64,000 nt of DNA, taken from the NCBI GenBank assembly GCA_963771465.1, contig CAVYTU010000014.1, forward strand, positions 384,001 through 448,000, written 5' to 3'. This DNA is from an uncultured delta proteobacterium. GTDB lineage: Bacteria > Desulfobacterota > Binatia > UBA9968. The notes below the pieces were generated by a model. It searched no databases and was not told the DNA's origin. It worked only from the letters and a program-made list of their open reading frames with translations. This document shows, piece by piece, positions 51,996 to 61,168 of this stretch. The translations under genes were made by a program, and so were the position numbers. Each line of letters starts with the position of its first letter. The stretch's first letter is position 1.

Positions 51996-52213
51996 AATAG
52001 CGGTAACATATTGCAACATCGCTCATGAGACAAAGCCAATTTATTATTCCGGCAAAGCCGTAGGACGGGCTAGCGATCGCGAAACCAATCAACCGAACTG
52101 CCTTGCGTTTGCCCGCCTGTTTGTCATATCTGGCGTAATCGATTTGAATAGAAGAATCGATGTCCGCAATAAGATTCACTGCCGTGAGTCGAGCGGTTAG
52201 TTTGTGACGGAGA

Positions 52214-52648
52214 GTGGATATGGCTCCTACCGATGTGATGTTTCGACGCCTATGGAGCGCCGATGGCCAGAGCCGTTCGGCCAAGACGGTTGAGGTATTC
52301 GGCTGGCTGATCTTGATCGAGGGCAGCGCCGCGCTCTTCTTTCCCCATGCTTCAGCTGCGCTATTGCAGTTACCGCCGCTGGTCGAGCAAGCGAGCAATT
52401 ACGTTCGCCTCGTTGGGCTATTAGTGAGCGGGTTGGGAATGCTCTATGTTGTCAGCGGCCGTGTGAATGCTGAGGGATTCGTCTTCGCATCGCTGCTCGA
52501 CCGCCCGCTGGTTCCCTTCGCCATGGCCGTACTCTGGTATTTAAGCATCATTCCTGCGCCGCTCGCGCTGCTTTTCTCGATACAAGATTTCGGCAGCTTT
52601 CTCTGGACACTCTTTACTTGGCGGTCGGAACGTCAAAGACGCAACTAG
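52214..52648 (+). CDS. Hypothetical membrane protein
   Basis: About four TM segments, directly upstream of garR. Confidence 0.65.
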   Translation: MDMAPTDVMFRRLWSADGQSRSAKTVEVFGWLILIEGSAALFFPHASAALLQLPPLVEQASNYVRLVGLLVSGLGMLYVVSGRVNAEGFVFASLLDRPLVPFAMAVLWYLSIIPAPLALLFSIQDFGSFLWTLFTWRSERQRRN

Positions 52649-52660
52649 CGAGGTGAAATC

Positions 52661-53560
52661 ATGAGCAACGCAACCGTCGGTTTCATCGGTCTCGGCATCA
52701 TGGGCAAACCCATGGCGCGCCATCTTCTCAAGGCTGGTTACTCACTGGTGATTCACAACCGTAGTCGAACGGCCGTGGATGAATTGAGTAAAGAAGGCGC
52801 TCAGTCGGCGGCGAATTCGCAAGAAGTCGCCCAGCGCAGTGAGGTGACCATCACCATGCTACCCGACTCGCCGGATGTAGAATTAGTATACGCCGGCGAG
52901 CGTGGCATCTTCGCCGGCGTGAAATCCGGATCGCTGTTGATCGACATGTCGAGCATCTCCCCAGTCGTCGCCCGCAAACTTGCAACCGAAGCGGAAAAGC
53001 GTGGCTGCGACATGCTCGATGCGCCCGTGAGCGGCGGCGAAGCCGGCGCCATCGCCGCTTCTCTTTCGATCATGATCGGCGGCAAGGTTTCAGCCGTCGA
53101 ACGGGCAATGCCAATTTTAGAGAAGCTGGGCAAAAACATCGTCCATGTCGGCGAAGCCGGTGCGGGACAAGTGACCAAAGCGGCGAATCAGATGGTCGTC
53201 GGTACGACCATCGCAATCGTCAGCGAAGCGCTCGTGCTCGCTGCGAAAGCCGGCGTCGATCCAGCGAAAGTGCGCCAAGCAATGCTCGGCGGCTTCGCCC
53301 AATCGAAAATCCTCGAAGCCCACGGCCAGAAAATGTTGGATCGCAACTTCAAACCCGGCTTCCGCATCCGCCTGCATGAAAAAGACATGAAGATCGCGCT
53401 CGCGACCGGCAGCGAATACGGCGTGCCGTTAATGGTCACCGGTGTCGTCGGTCAGATGATGACCGCCATGAAAGGCATGGGCAACGGCGAGTTGGATCAT
53501 TCGGGACTGGTGAAGTTCGTCGAGGAGTTAGCAAGGATCGAGCTTGCTCAGAGACCGTGA
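52661..53560 (+). CDS. garR: 2-hydroxy-3-oxopropionate (tartronate semialdehyde) reductase
   Basis: GFIGLGIMGKPMA, DAPVSGGE, KAANQ, FKPGFRI. Confidence 0.85.
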   Translation: MSNATVGFIGLGIMGKPMARHLLKAGYSLVIHNRSRTAVDELSKEGAQSAANSQEVAQRSEVTITMLPDSPDVELVYAGERGIFAGVKSGSLLIDMSSISPVVARKLATEAEKRGCDMLDAPVSGGEAGAIAASLSIMIGGKVSAVERAMPILEKLGKNIVHVGEAGAGQVTKAANQMVVGTTIAIVSEALVLAAKAGVDPAKVRQAMLGGFAQSKILEAHGQKMLDRNFKPGFRIRLHEKDMKIALATGSEYGVPLMVTGVVGQMMTAMKGMGNGELDHSGLVKFVEELARIELAQRP

Positions 53561-53637
53561 CTCGCTACGTCATTCCGTGAAAAGGGAATCCAAATTATGC
53601 AAGTTTAAGCGGAACTTCGATTTCTGCACCGACTGGC

Positions 53638-54678
53638 TTAGGGTTTCCACCCCGCTTTGTTCAGTTGCTGATCCGCGTCCACCGCGAAGCTGAAGTCATA
53701 ACCTTTGGCATTGGGTATAGTTTCGTTGGTATTGACCACCTGACGAATGATGCTGAGATCGTTTCTCTGGGTTTCGTCGTCAACGGCGCCATTGCGGGTA
53801 AAGGTGCCGATGATGTCGTCGTAGACACGGGTCGCCTGCGGGCGCGACACGTTGGAGAATTTCAGCATTGCCGAGATCGTGCCTTCCTTGTCCTGGCGAA
53901 TGTAGCGCAGCGCCTTGAGCGTCGCGCGCACGAAGCCGGCGACCATTTTGGGATTTTCTTTGATGAGCTTATCCGTGGTGGCGAGCGTTCCCCAAGAGTT
54001 TTTCACTTCATTGCCCATGAAGAACATCTCGCGCATGCCTTTGTCGAGCGCGACGTAGCGCTGCTCGACGCTGAGGATCGCCGCGTCGAAACCGCCGCCG
54101 ACCAGCGCCGCAAGCTGATTGCCCTGGCCGACATCGAGATAACTTACATCCTTGTTGCCATCGAGCCCATGCTTGGTCAGAACCTGTTTCGCCATAAACG
54201 TTGCGATGGCGGCGACTCCGGTGGTCGCGATGCGTTTGCCTTTGAGGTCTTTCGGACTAGTGATTTCCGGTTTGGTCACAAACCATTGCAATACGCGATC
54301 GTTGGTCGCCGCCACAACTTTCAGCGGGGTATTGCCGCGCGCGATGCTTACCAGCGCACTCGACCCCGCGCCGGTGAAGTGAACGTCGCCGCCGAGCATC
54401 GCTTGGATACTCGTCGTCGGCGCGACGAAAATCACCCGTTGATCGATGCCTTCTTCTTTCATGTAGCCTTTTTGCTGGGCGATCGGGTAGATCACCATTT
54501 GAAAACTGCGCGCGGGGATCGCCATGTTGACGGTTTGCAGCGACTGCGCTCCGGCAAGCTCGAAAGCGAGAAACTGAATGCAGCCGAGCAGTGCGACGGC
54601 GAATCGCAAACCTCCCCTGATGTGCGAGACTTTCTTCGATTTGATTTTCATCGGCGTCTCTCTAACTCTGAATGCCAC
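53638..54678 (-). CDS. SsuA/NMT1-type solute-binding protein
   Basis: Signal peptide, GYMKEEGID, KDLKGKRIA; the start may be 54651. Confidence 0.85.
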   Translation of the reverse strand: MAFRVRETPMKIKSKKVSHIRGGLRFAVALLGCIQFLAFELAGAQSLQTVNMAIPARSFQMVIYPIAQQKGYMKEEGIDQRVIFVAPTTSIQAMLGGDVHFTGAGSSALVSIARGNTPLKVVAATNDRVLQWFVTKPEITSPKDLKGKRIATTGVAAIATFMAKQVLTKHGLDGNKDVSYLDVGQGNQLAALVGGGFDAAILSVEQRYVALDKGMREMFFMGNEVKNSWGTLATTDKLIKENPKMVAGFVRATLKALRYIRQDKEGTISAMLKFSNVSRPQATRVYDDIIGTFTRNGAVDDETQRNDLSIIRQVVNTNETIPNAKGYDFSFAVDADQQLNKAGWKP

Positions 54679-54704
54679 ATACAGAACGAGGTCTAACGTA
54701 ATAA

Positions 54705-55799
54705 TTAGTTCAGCGGATAGAGCAACTTGGGATTGTCAAAGAAAATCTTGTCCGTCAATGCGCGAGGAATGTCTTCGCGCGCACGCATGGCGGCGACCAG
54801 TTGTCTTTCTTCCGACGGATCTTGATGGCCATAGTCCGAGCCGATGATCAAGTGATCTTCACCGGTGTAGCGGGCGATGTAATCGACATCTTCATCCGCT
54901 TCGCAGGCAACGAAAATACGATATTCGCGGAACATGTCCTGATCCGAAGCGAATTTCCACTTTTCTTTGAACAATCTCTTGACGATGTGCAGCATGAACG
55001 GCACCCAGCCGGCCGACGCTTCGATAAAGCCGAATCTGAGTTTGGGAAACTGTTCGGGAATCTTATTGGCGATCAAATCGCGGAACGCAAACAGCGGCTG
55101 CACTCGGCTGTGGCCGAACGTGTGATTGCGCTCGACATCGAACAGATTTAAGAACAGTGGGCAACCCGCGCCGGTGTGGATCAGAACCGGCTGATCGGTG
55201 TCGCTCGCCGCCTGGTAGATCGGGTTGAAATAGGGATTGTCCAGCGTGCGTTGTCCCTCGATGCCGCGAAAGAACACCCCCACCGCGCCGTTGTCCTTGC
55301 CCCATCTGATTTCCTTCACCGACTCTTCCACAGAGTGCAACGGCGGCACGACGACCCAGTGCATGCGACCGCCGGATTTCGCGCACGCTTGTGCGATGAA
55401 ACGGTTATAGGCGCGCGCCATGGCGACGTCGAGGGCGGCATCGTCGGTGATGTAAATAAGAAACAGCGTCGGGAACACGACCTGCGTATCGACACCGAGC
55501 TTGTCCATGTCACGCAGCCGTCCGGCGATGTCGGTCATTTCGCGGTAGGGCAAATGAATGTCGCCGCGGGATAATTCTAATTTCGACGCCGACGGCGTAA
55601 TCAAGCGGAAGCTGCCTTTGCCGTTCGGTTTGGGAAAAATATTGCCGTCGATCAGCCAAAACGCATTGCGCGGTCCGTAGAGCGTATCTTCAGGACTCTT
55701 GAGCAGCACGGGACGACGCGCGTACATTTCTTGGTCCATCATCGCCCACATCGCCTCACCTTCCGATATATGCGTATCCGCATCGATTATGCCTGCCAT
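54705..55799 (-). CDS. Amidohydrolase_2 family metal-dependent hydrolase/decarboxylase
   Basis: IIDADTH, QVVFPT, IHTG, EASAGW, GSDYGH; AAGGAGG upstream. Confidence 0.9.
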   Translation of the reverse strand: MAGIIDADTHISEGEAMWAMMDQEMYARRPVLLKSPEDTLYGPRNAFWLIDGNIFPKPNGKGSFRLITPSASKLELSRGDIHLPYREMTDIAGRLRDMDKLGVDTQVVFPTLFLIYITDDAALDVAMARAYNRFIAQACAKSGGRMHWVVVPPLHSVEESVKEIRWGKDNGAVGVFFRGIEGQRTLDNPYFNPIYQAASDTDQPVLIHTGAGCPLFLNLFDVERNHTFGHSRVQPLFAFRDLIANKIPEQFPKLRFGFIEASAGWVPFMLHIVKRLFKEKWKFASDQDMFREYRIFVACEADEDVDYIARYTGEDHLIIGSDYGHQDPSEERQLVAAMRAREDIPRALTDKIFFDNPKLLYPLN

Positions 55800-55953
55800 A
55801 AAAATCCTCCTTCTCAACAAAATTCTTCTCGCTGGTAAATTAGCTCGAACACGGGCGATGCCAACCCAGCGGATATATAGCAAGAAATGCGGCGGTATCG
55901 CCAGGCCTCGAAGGTCGTAGAAAAACTCGAGTGGATTAACCTTTTGTCACACC

Positions 55954-56853
55954 CTACGGCCGCAACGCACCGGAGATTAGCCACTCCGCTGCTACCTGGC
56001 GAGCATTGGCGGTGGAGTCGAGCGCCACTTGCGCCAGCAGTTTGGTCAGCTGATTTACGTCGACGGTCAGAGTCTCATCCATGTAGCCGAGATAATCGTC
56101 AAACGTCCTCTCGGCGAGCGAGCGATAGTGGGCGAATTTGTCGATGAGTAATTGCACAACTTTTTCCCGGTTGGCCTTGGCGTAGAGAATTCCTTCGCGG
56201 TGCGCCGCTAGGAAGGCGGTAAAATCTTTTTCCCGCTCGCTAAAGAGGTTCTGGGTCGTCTCGATCGTGATTGGCAGCGGATCGTCAACCATGTCGTTCC
56301 AATCGCCCATGCGATGAAAACCCTTGTCTTCAGCAACGAAGCCATAGGGCCGCGGCACAATCGCCGCCGCCACTTTCTTGTCGAGCAGCGTATGAAACGC
56401 CTCCTGATCGCTGGCGACGAGCTTGAGCTGAAAATCGTCGTCCAGGGTGATGCCGCCCAGTTGCTGAAACACCGAGCGAAACGGCACGCCGCGCGCCGGC
56501 CCTTCGCGGCAGACGACGATCTGGTTTTTGAGATCTTTGATTTCTTTGATCGCCGGATCGGCGATCAATAGATACGGGCAGCTATTCATCGCGCAGCCGA
56601 GCACCCGCGTCGACTTGGTGTCGAGAAAATGTTGCAGCGACGCACGTCCGACGACGAAGGAAATCTGCGCTTCGCCGCTTTCCAATCTCCGGTAGCGCTC
56701 CTCGGTGCCTTGCACGTGATTCCAGGAAACCTCCAGGCCATGTTTTGCGTAGATGCCGGCGTCGATCGAAAGATAGCCGGTGATGTCGCGGGCGAATTTC
56801 CCATCGATCGCTTCGAGATGTCCGTACATGCAGGTAAGCTTAGTCAAAGTCAT
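55954..56853 (-). CDS. NMT1/THI5-like type-2 binding-fold protein lacking a signal peptide
   Basis: GIYAKHGLEV, IKEIKDLK, FLAAHREGI; AAGGAG SD and an in-frame stop upstream. Confidence 0.8.
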   Translation of the reverse strand: MTLTKLTCMYGHLEAIDGKFARDITGYLSIDAGIYAKHGLEVSWNHVQGTEERYRRLESGEAQISFVVGRASLQHFLDTKSTRVLGCAMNSCPYLLIADPAIKEIKDLKNQIVVCREGPARGVPFRSVFQQLGGITLDDDFQLKLVASDQEAFHTLLDKKVAAAIVPRPYGFVAEDKGFHRMGDWNDMVDDPLPITIETTQNLFSEREKDFTAFLAAHREGILYAKANREKVVQLLIDKFAHYRSLAERTFDDYLGYMDETLTVDVNQLTKLLAQVALDSTANARQVAAEWLISGALRP

Positions 56854-56986
56854 CGGTGTTTCTCCTTCGAGTCATCTCTATATTACGGTTAGCGCCGGCA
56901 AACAAACCTCGCCTTGACAGTGTTATAATAACGGGGCTAGATTCTCGCAGTCGTTAACGCTTACACCAACCTAAAAGGAGGTTCCT

Positions 56987-57418
56987 ATGAAAGTCTTAGA
57001 TGTTCTGGAAATGTCGAAGGGCCGCAAGAAGGGCCAGCGCCGCATCGATCTTTTCCGCCGCGAGAATTTGGAAACCTGGATTCTTTGCTTCCCGCCGGGC
57101 GATGTGCAGGTCATGCACAACCATCCCTCCGACCGGACCTACTACGTGCTGACCGGTAAAGGCATCATCAAGGGACGTAATGAAACCCACGAAGTCACCC
57201 AGGGGCAGATCATCAGCATCCCGGCCCATGAATTTTACGAAGGGTCGAACCCCAATGACGAGCCGATGATTCTGCTCGGCAACAGCCACAAAGCGACGGC
57301 GGATGACGTCGCCAAAGCGGGTGGCCAACGCAACGAGATCGATAAAGAAACCGGCAAGCGTGTTATTTTCCAACACGGGGGCGGCCAAGACATGGGCGTG
57401 CTGGCGGATTGGAATTAG
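56987..57418 (+). CDS. Cupin domain protein
   Basis: MHNHPSDRTYYVLTGKG, IPAHEF; AGGAGG SD. Confidence 0.85.
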   Translation: MKVLDVLEMSKGRKKGQRRIDLFRRENLETWILCFPPGDVQVMHNHPSDRTYYVLTGKGIIKGRNETHEVTQGQIISIPAHEFYEGSNPNDEPMILLGNSHKATADDVAKAGGQRNEIDKETGKRVIFQHGGGQDMGVLADWN

Positions 57419-57444
57419 CCGGCTGTAGAATAGGATGCTTCGCT

Positions 57445-57470
57445 CCATTCGTCCTGAGCCCGTCGAAGGA
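57445..57470. repeat. TTCGTCCTGAGC..GTCGAAGG REP-like unit (degenerate relative at 6452-6476)
   Basis: CCATTCGTCCTGAGCCCGTCGAAGGA. Confidence 0.5.
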
Positions 57471-57595
57471 CTCCGAAAGAGCATTTCATCAATCGACTAG
57501 TCTCGTCGATAAGCAATGGCAAAGCCCGGTCGAGTTTCAACTCGCCGGGCTTTGTCTTGTTTGCGACAGGAATGAATACCGTGTAAATCCGCTGA

Positions 57596-59307
57596 GTGAT
57601 GTTGTCGTTCATGCCGCGTTTCCGTTTGAGTTCACAATCGATCGTCATCGCCTTAGCCGCCGGGCTGTTGGCCTATCTGACATTTTTTCCGCTCGTTACC
57701 TTGATCTACGGCAGCTTGAAAAGCGGCCCGCCCGGCGTCGCCGGCAGCATAACGCTGAGAAACTATCTCGTGCTGCTGGAAAATTGGCGTTTACCGGCCG
57801 CGCTGTGGAATTCGCTGATCTTCAGCTTCGGTTCGAGCTCCCTCGCCTTCGCTTTCGCGCTTTACTTCGCCTGGATCACGGAGCGCACCAACGTGCGCTG
57901 GCGCGGCCTGATTTACAGCTTGATCTTGGTGCCGATGATCGTGCCCGGGATACTCACCACGGTCGGCTGGATCGTGCTCTTCGGCCGGCGCTCGGGGCTG
58001 ATCAATTTGATCGCCATGCCGTTGTTCGGCCTCGAAGAGCCGATTCAGATCAACAACATGCTCGGCATGATCTGGGTGCAAGGCACGGATCAGATTTCGT
58101 TCGCATTCTTGCTGCTCGCCGCCGCGCTGCGCTCCATGGACCCGTCGTTGGAAGAAGCGGCGCTGGTTGCCGGATCGGGGATGCTGCGCACGGCGCTGCG
58201 CATCACTCTGCGCGTACTCTTGCCGGCGATCATGGCGGTGTGGATGATTACCTTTGTCCGCGCCATTGAGAATTTCGAAGTGCCAGCGTTGATCGGCATG
58301 CCGGCGGGGATTTTGGTTTTCGCCACCGAGGTTTACTTGGCGACCAAAAGCGTGCCGACTGATTTCGGTTTGGCTAGCACCTTCGCGGTGGTTTATTTAC
58401 TCATCACCACGGTCGGAGTTTTGCTTTATTTAAAATGGACCGCGGCCTCCGAGCAGTTCGCTACCATCACGGGCAAAGGATTTCGGCCCACAGCTTACGA
58501 TCTCGGCCGCTGGCGCGCGCCGCTCGCGTTTTTAAATCTGCTGCTCTGCTTCGTGGTGTTCATCTCTACCGATCGTGGTTGTGATCTGGTCGTCGTTTCT
58601 GCCCTTCTACATGGCGCCATCTGAAGAAGCATTGGCCAGCCTCACGCTCGACAATTACAAAAATCTTTGGAACCTGCCGCTGGTGAAACGCGCCATGTGG
58701 AATAGTTTCGTGCTCGGCATCTCGAGTTCGACGCTCACCATGGTGCTTACTGCCGTCATCGCCTGGATCATCGTGCGCACGAAATGGCGCGGCAAAGGCG
58801 CGTTGGATTTCTTGGCGTTCAGCCCCATCGCCATGCCGGGCTTGGTGCTCGGCATTGCCATACTTTGGCTTTATTTGATCGTGCCGGTGCCGGTGTACGG
58901 AACCCTATGGATACTCTTGATCGCCTACGTCACCAAGTACTTGCCCTTCGGCATGCGCGCCTGTTCGTCGTCCATGTTGCAGATCAAAAAGGAACTCGAG
59001 GAAGCCTCGGAAACGCAGCGGCGCGAGCTGGGGACATACTTTCCGCAAAGTGATCCTGCCGCTGTTGGCGCCCGGTTTCGTCGCCGGCTGGATCTATGTG
59101 ATCACCCATTCCTTCCGTGAGCTGTCGACTTCGATCATGCTCTATCGCAGCGGCACGGAGGTGATCGCCATCGTGCTCTTCGAGTTATGGGACGGCGGTC
59201 AATATCCTCAGCTGGCGGCGCTCGGCATGGTGATGATCGTTATCTTGATCGCCATCAGCCTAATCGCCCGCGCCGTCGGCGCGCGCTACGCGATCCAGCA
59301 GATGTAG
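57596..59307 (+). pseudogene. FbpB-like ABC permease (two TM domains) with two single-base frameshifts
   Basis: SMDPSLEEAA and ELEEAS loops; one extra base near 58565 (FI/LPIVVV) and near 59016 (ET/SGASWGHTFRKV). Confidence 0.8.
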
Positions 59308-59320
59308 GCGAAGAGACGTC

Positions 59321-59387
59321 GAGGATGGAGGATCGAGGATTGAGAATGGCGTCATTCGATTCTCTATCATTGCTCCTCGATCCTCCA
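59321..59387. repeat. 7-nt GAGGATN array with inverted partner between convergent genes
   Basis: TGGAGGATCGAGGA (59326-39) / TCCTCGATCCTCCA (59374-87). Confidence 0.75.
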
Positions 59388-59453
59388 CCGGTCCGATTGG
59401 CATCTCCAGTTTGGAATCGGGAATGTGAGATCCGAAATTTGTAATCTATAGTC

Positions 59454-60557
59454 CTATTTAAGCTGCTTGCGCACAATAATATCCTCCATCAGCTTATTCC
59501 CCTTATCCTTTAACTCCTCCATCTTTTCGTGGCCGATGACCGCTTTGCGAATCCTCTTGTCCTCAAGCGCGTCGATGATTTCCTGCCAGCCGGCTTTGGC
59601 GCCGGTGCGCGTCGGGATCGTGCCGCCGCCTTTGACCAGCGCGACAACGCCTTCCTCACTGAGCATGAAATCCATGTAGAGCGCTGCGGCGTGGAGGTTT
59701 TTGGCGCTGCGGGTGATTCCCGTGTGGCTGCCGAGCGACCCAGGCGTGGGGTTGGGCCAGACCATGGCGATGGGACATTTTTTTTCGTACTTCATCTGCA
59801 TCACCCGCGGCGGATAGACTTCCACGGCGATCTTGAAGTCGCCGCTGCAGAGCATCTGGACTTGCAGCGAATGGCCGCGCCGCGGCACCGTGCCGTTGCG
59901 CATGAGCCCCTTCATATACTCGGCGGTTTTCTCTTCGCCCCAGTCCATCATCCAAGCGAAGACCGCCTGCTCCGGTTCGGTGTCGATAGAGATATCGTTT
60001 TTCCACTTGGGATTGAGCAGGTCTTGATAGCCCTTCGGCACCTCATTGGGTTTCACCAGCTTGGTATTATAAGCGATCACCGCCAGCGTGTAGTCGGCGA
60101 CATACCAGCGACCGTCCTTGTCCCAATATTGCTTGGCGTAGTTTTTCTTTTCCGGCGACTCGTAACGGCCATGCACACCGGCTTTCATTAGCTCGCCGAT
60201 ATTATCGAAGTCGACGCCAACGACATCAGCCGTTAGCTTGCCAACGCGATGCTCGAGGAGAATGCGGTCGAGCCCCTTGGACCCTTGAAGGCGAGACGGC
60301 TCGACTTTGATGAAAGGATATTTCTTGCCGAAAGCATCGGCATATTCCTGTGTCGTCTCGATGCCGTGGTTTGAGTAAATGACGAGATTGCCCTCTTTCT
60401 TCGCCCCATCTTCCAGCCGGCGCTGCCGCTCCTTGGCTGGCAACTTGTTAATTGCCGAGAGGGTTTCTTCGACCGTCGCGCCGCTGGCTGCGCTCGACAG
60501 CCAAGTCACGAGGCACATTGCGGCAATGATCGCTCTGCCGATTCTCCGGGTTGTCAT
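59454..60557 (-). CDS. Extracellular solute-binding protein (Fe3+/AfuA-like family)
   Basis: Signal peptide, GAKKEGNLVIYS, IAYNTKLV, DLLNPKWK, AAALYMDFMLSEEG. Confidence 0.88.
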   Translation of the reverse strand: MTTRRIGRAIIAAMCLVTWLSSAASGATVEETLSAINKLPAKERQRRLEDGAKKEGNLVIYSNHGIETTQEYADAFGKKYPFIKVEPSRLQGSKGLDRILLEHRVGKLTADVVGVDFDNIGELMKAGVHGRYESPEKKNYAKQYWDKDGRWYVADYTLAVIAYNTKLVKPNEVPKGYQDLLNPKWKNDISIDTEPEQAVFAWMMDWGEEKTAEYMKGLMRNGTVPRRGHSLQVQMLCSGDFKIAVEVYPPRVMQMKYEKKCPIAMVWPNPTPGSLGSHTGITRSAKNLHAAALYMDFMLSEEGVVALVKGGGTIPTRTGAKAGWQEIIDALEDKRIRKAVIGHEKMEELKDKGNKLMEDIIVRKQLK

Positions 60558-60592
60558 AAATCCTCCTTAAATTGCGTCGAAATTCGAAAGTC

Positions 60593-60644
60593 AAATATTG
60601 ATTTGGGGATACCTTGCGTGCTTGCCCGGGTCAAATCAATATTT
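60593..60644. promoter_or_regulatory. 13-bp inverted operator pair flanking the minus-strand promoter of the binding-protein gene
   Basis: AAATATTGATTTG / CAAATCAATATTT around TTGACC-17-TATCCC. Confidence 0.55.
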
Positions 60645-61168
60645 TTGAATTTTTTTATTTTGCGCTCCTTACGGTTAAATCTTCTTATCCCTTCCGCCTC
60701 ACCTCTTCTACCATAAGCCCCTTGTGTGTCCGCGTCCTAACGAACTCGCTCATTGCCACCCGGCGGCGCCCACCGGGTGCAGTTAAGAATCATTCAAATG
60801 AGCCGAATGGTCATTGGACCAAAGTCCAATAGATAGACTTGCGGAGTTCTTGATAGAAGTTCAATCATTGTTCAACGAACTTTAATTCCATGTCGTTTCC
60901 GTCGATCACGTCGCGTTGCTCATCGTAGCCGCGCATACTGCGCGGCTGCTCGACCCATATCTGCAGCTCGGCGATAGTCATCGCCGTCCCGACTTTGGGA
61001 TTGGTAAAGATTTGCCAACTCTTGCCGACAAATGATCTCAATGCAAACCGTCCGGCGAAAGTTTCGGAGGATCGCTTACCGGCGGCTCGACATAGGCTCG
61101 CAGGCCTTGCCGCTGGGAAAACTTGTTAGGTTTTTTTCGCCGCTGTGTTATTATTACTTCACACTTCA

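Noticed and set aside
60684-61040. Short minus-strand ORFs (MSEFVRTRTHKGLMVEEVRRKG and a ~58-aa ORF)
   Set aside because: No convincing SD or family; they may be gene remnants but I cannot support that.
61043-61080. c-di-GMP-I riboswitch-like GCAAACC...GAAA...GG
   Set aside because: It lacks the following GACGCAAAGC segment and second stem.
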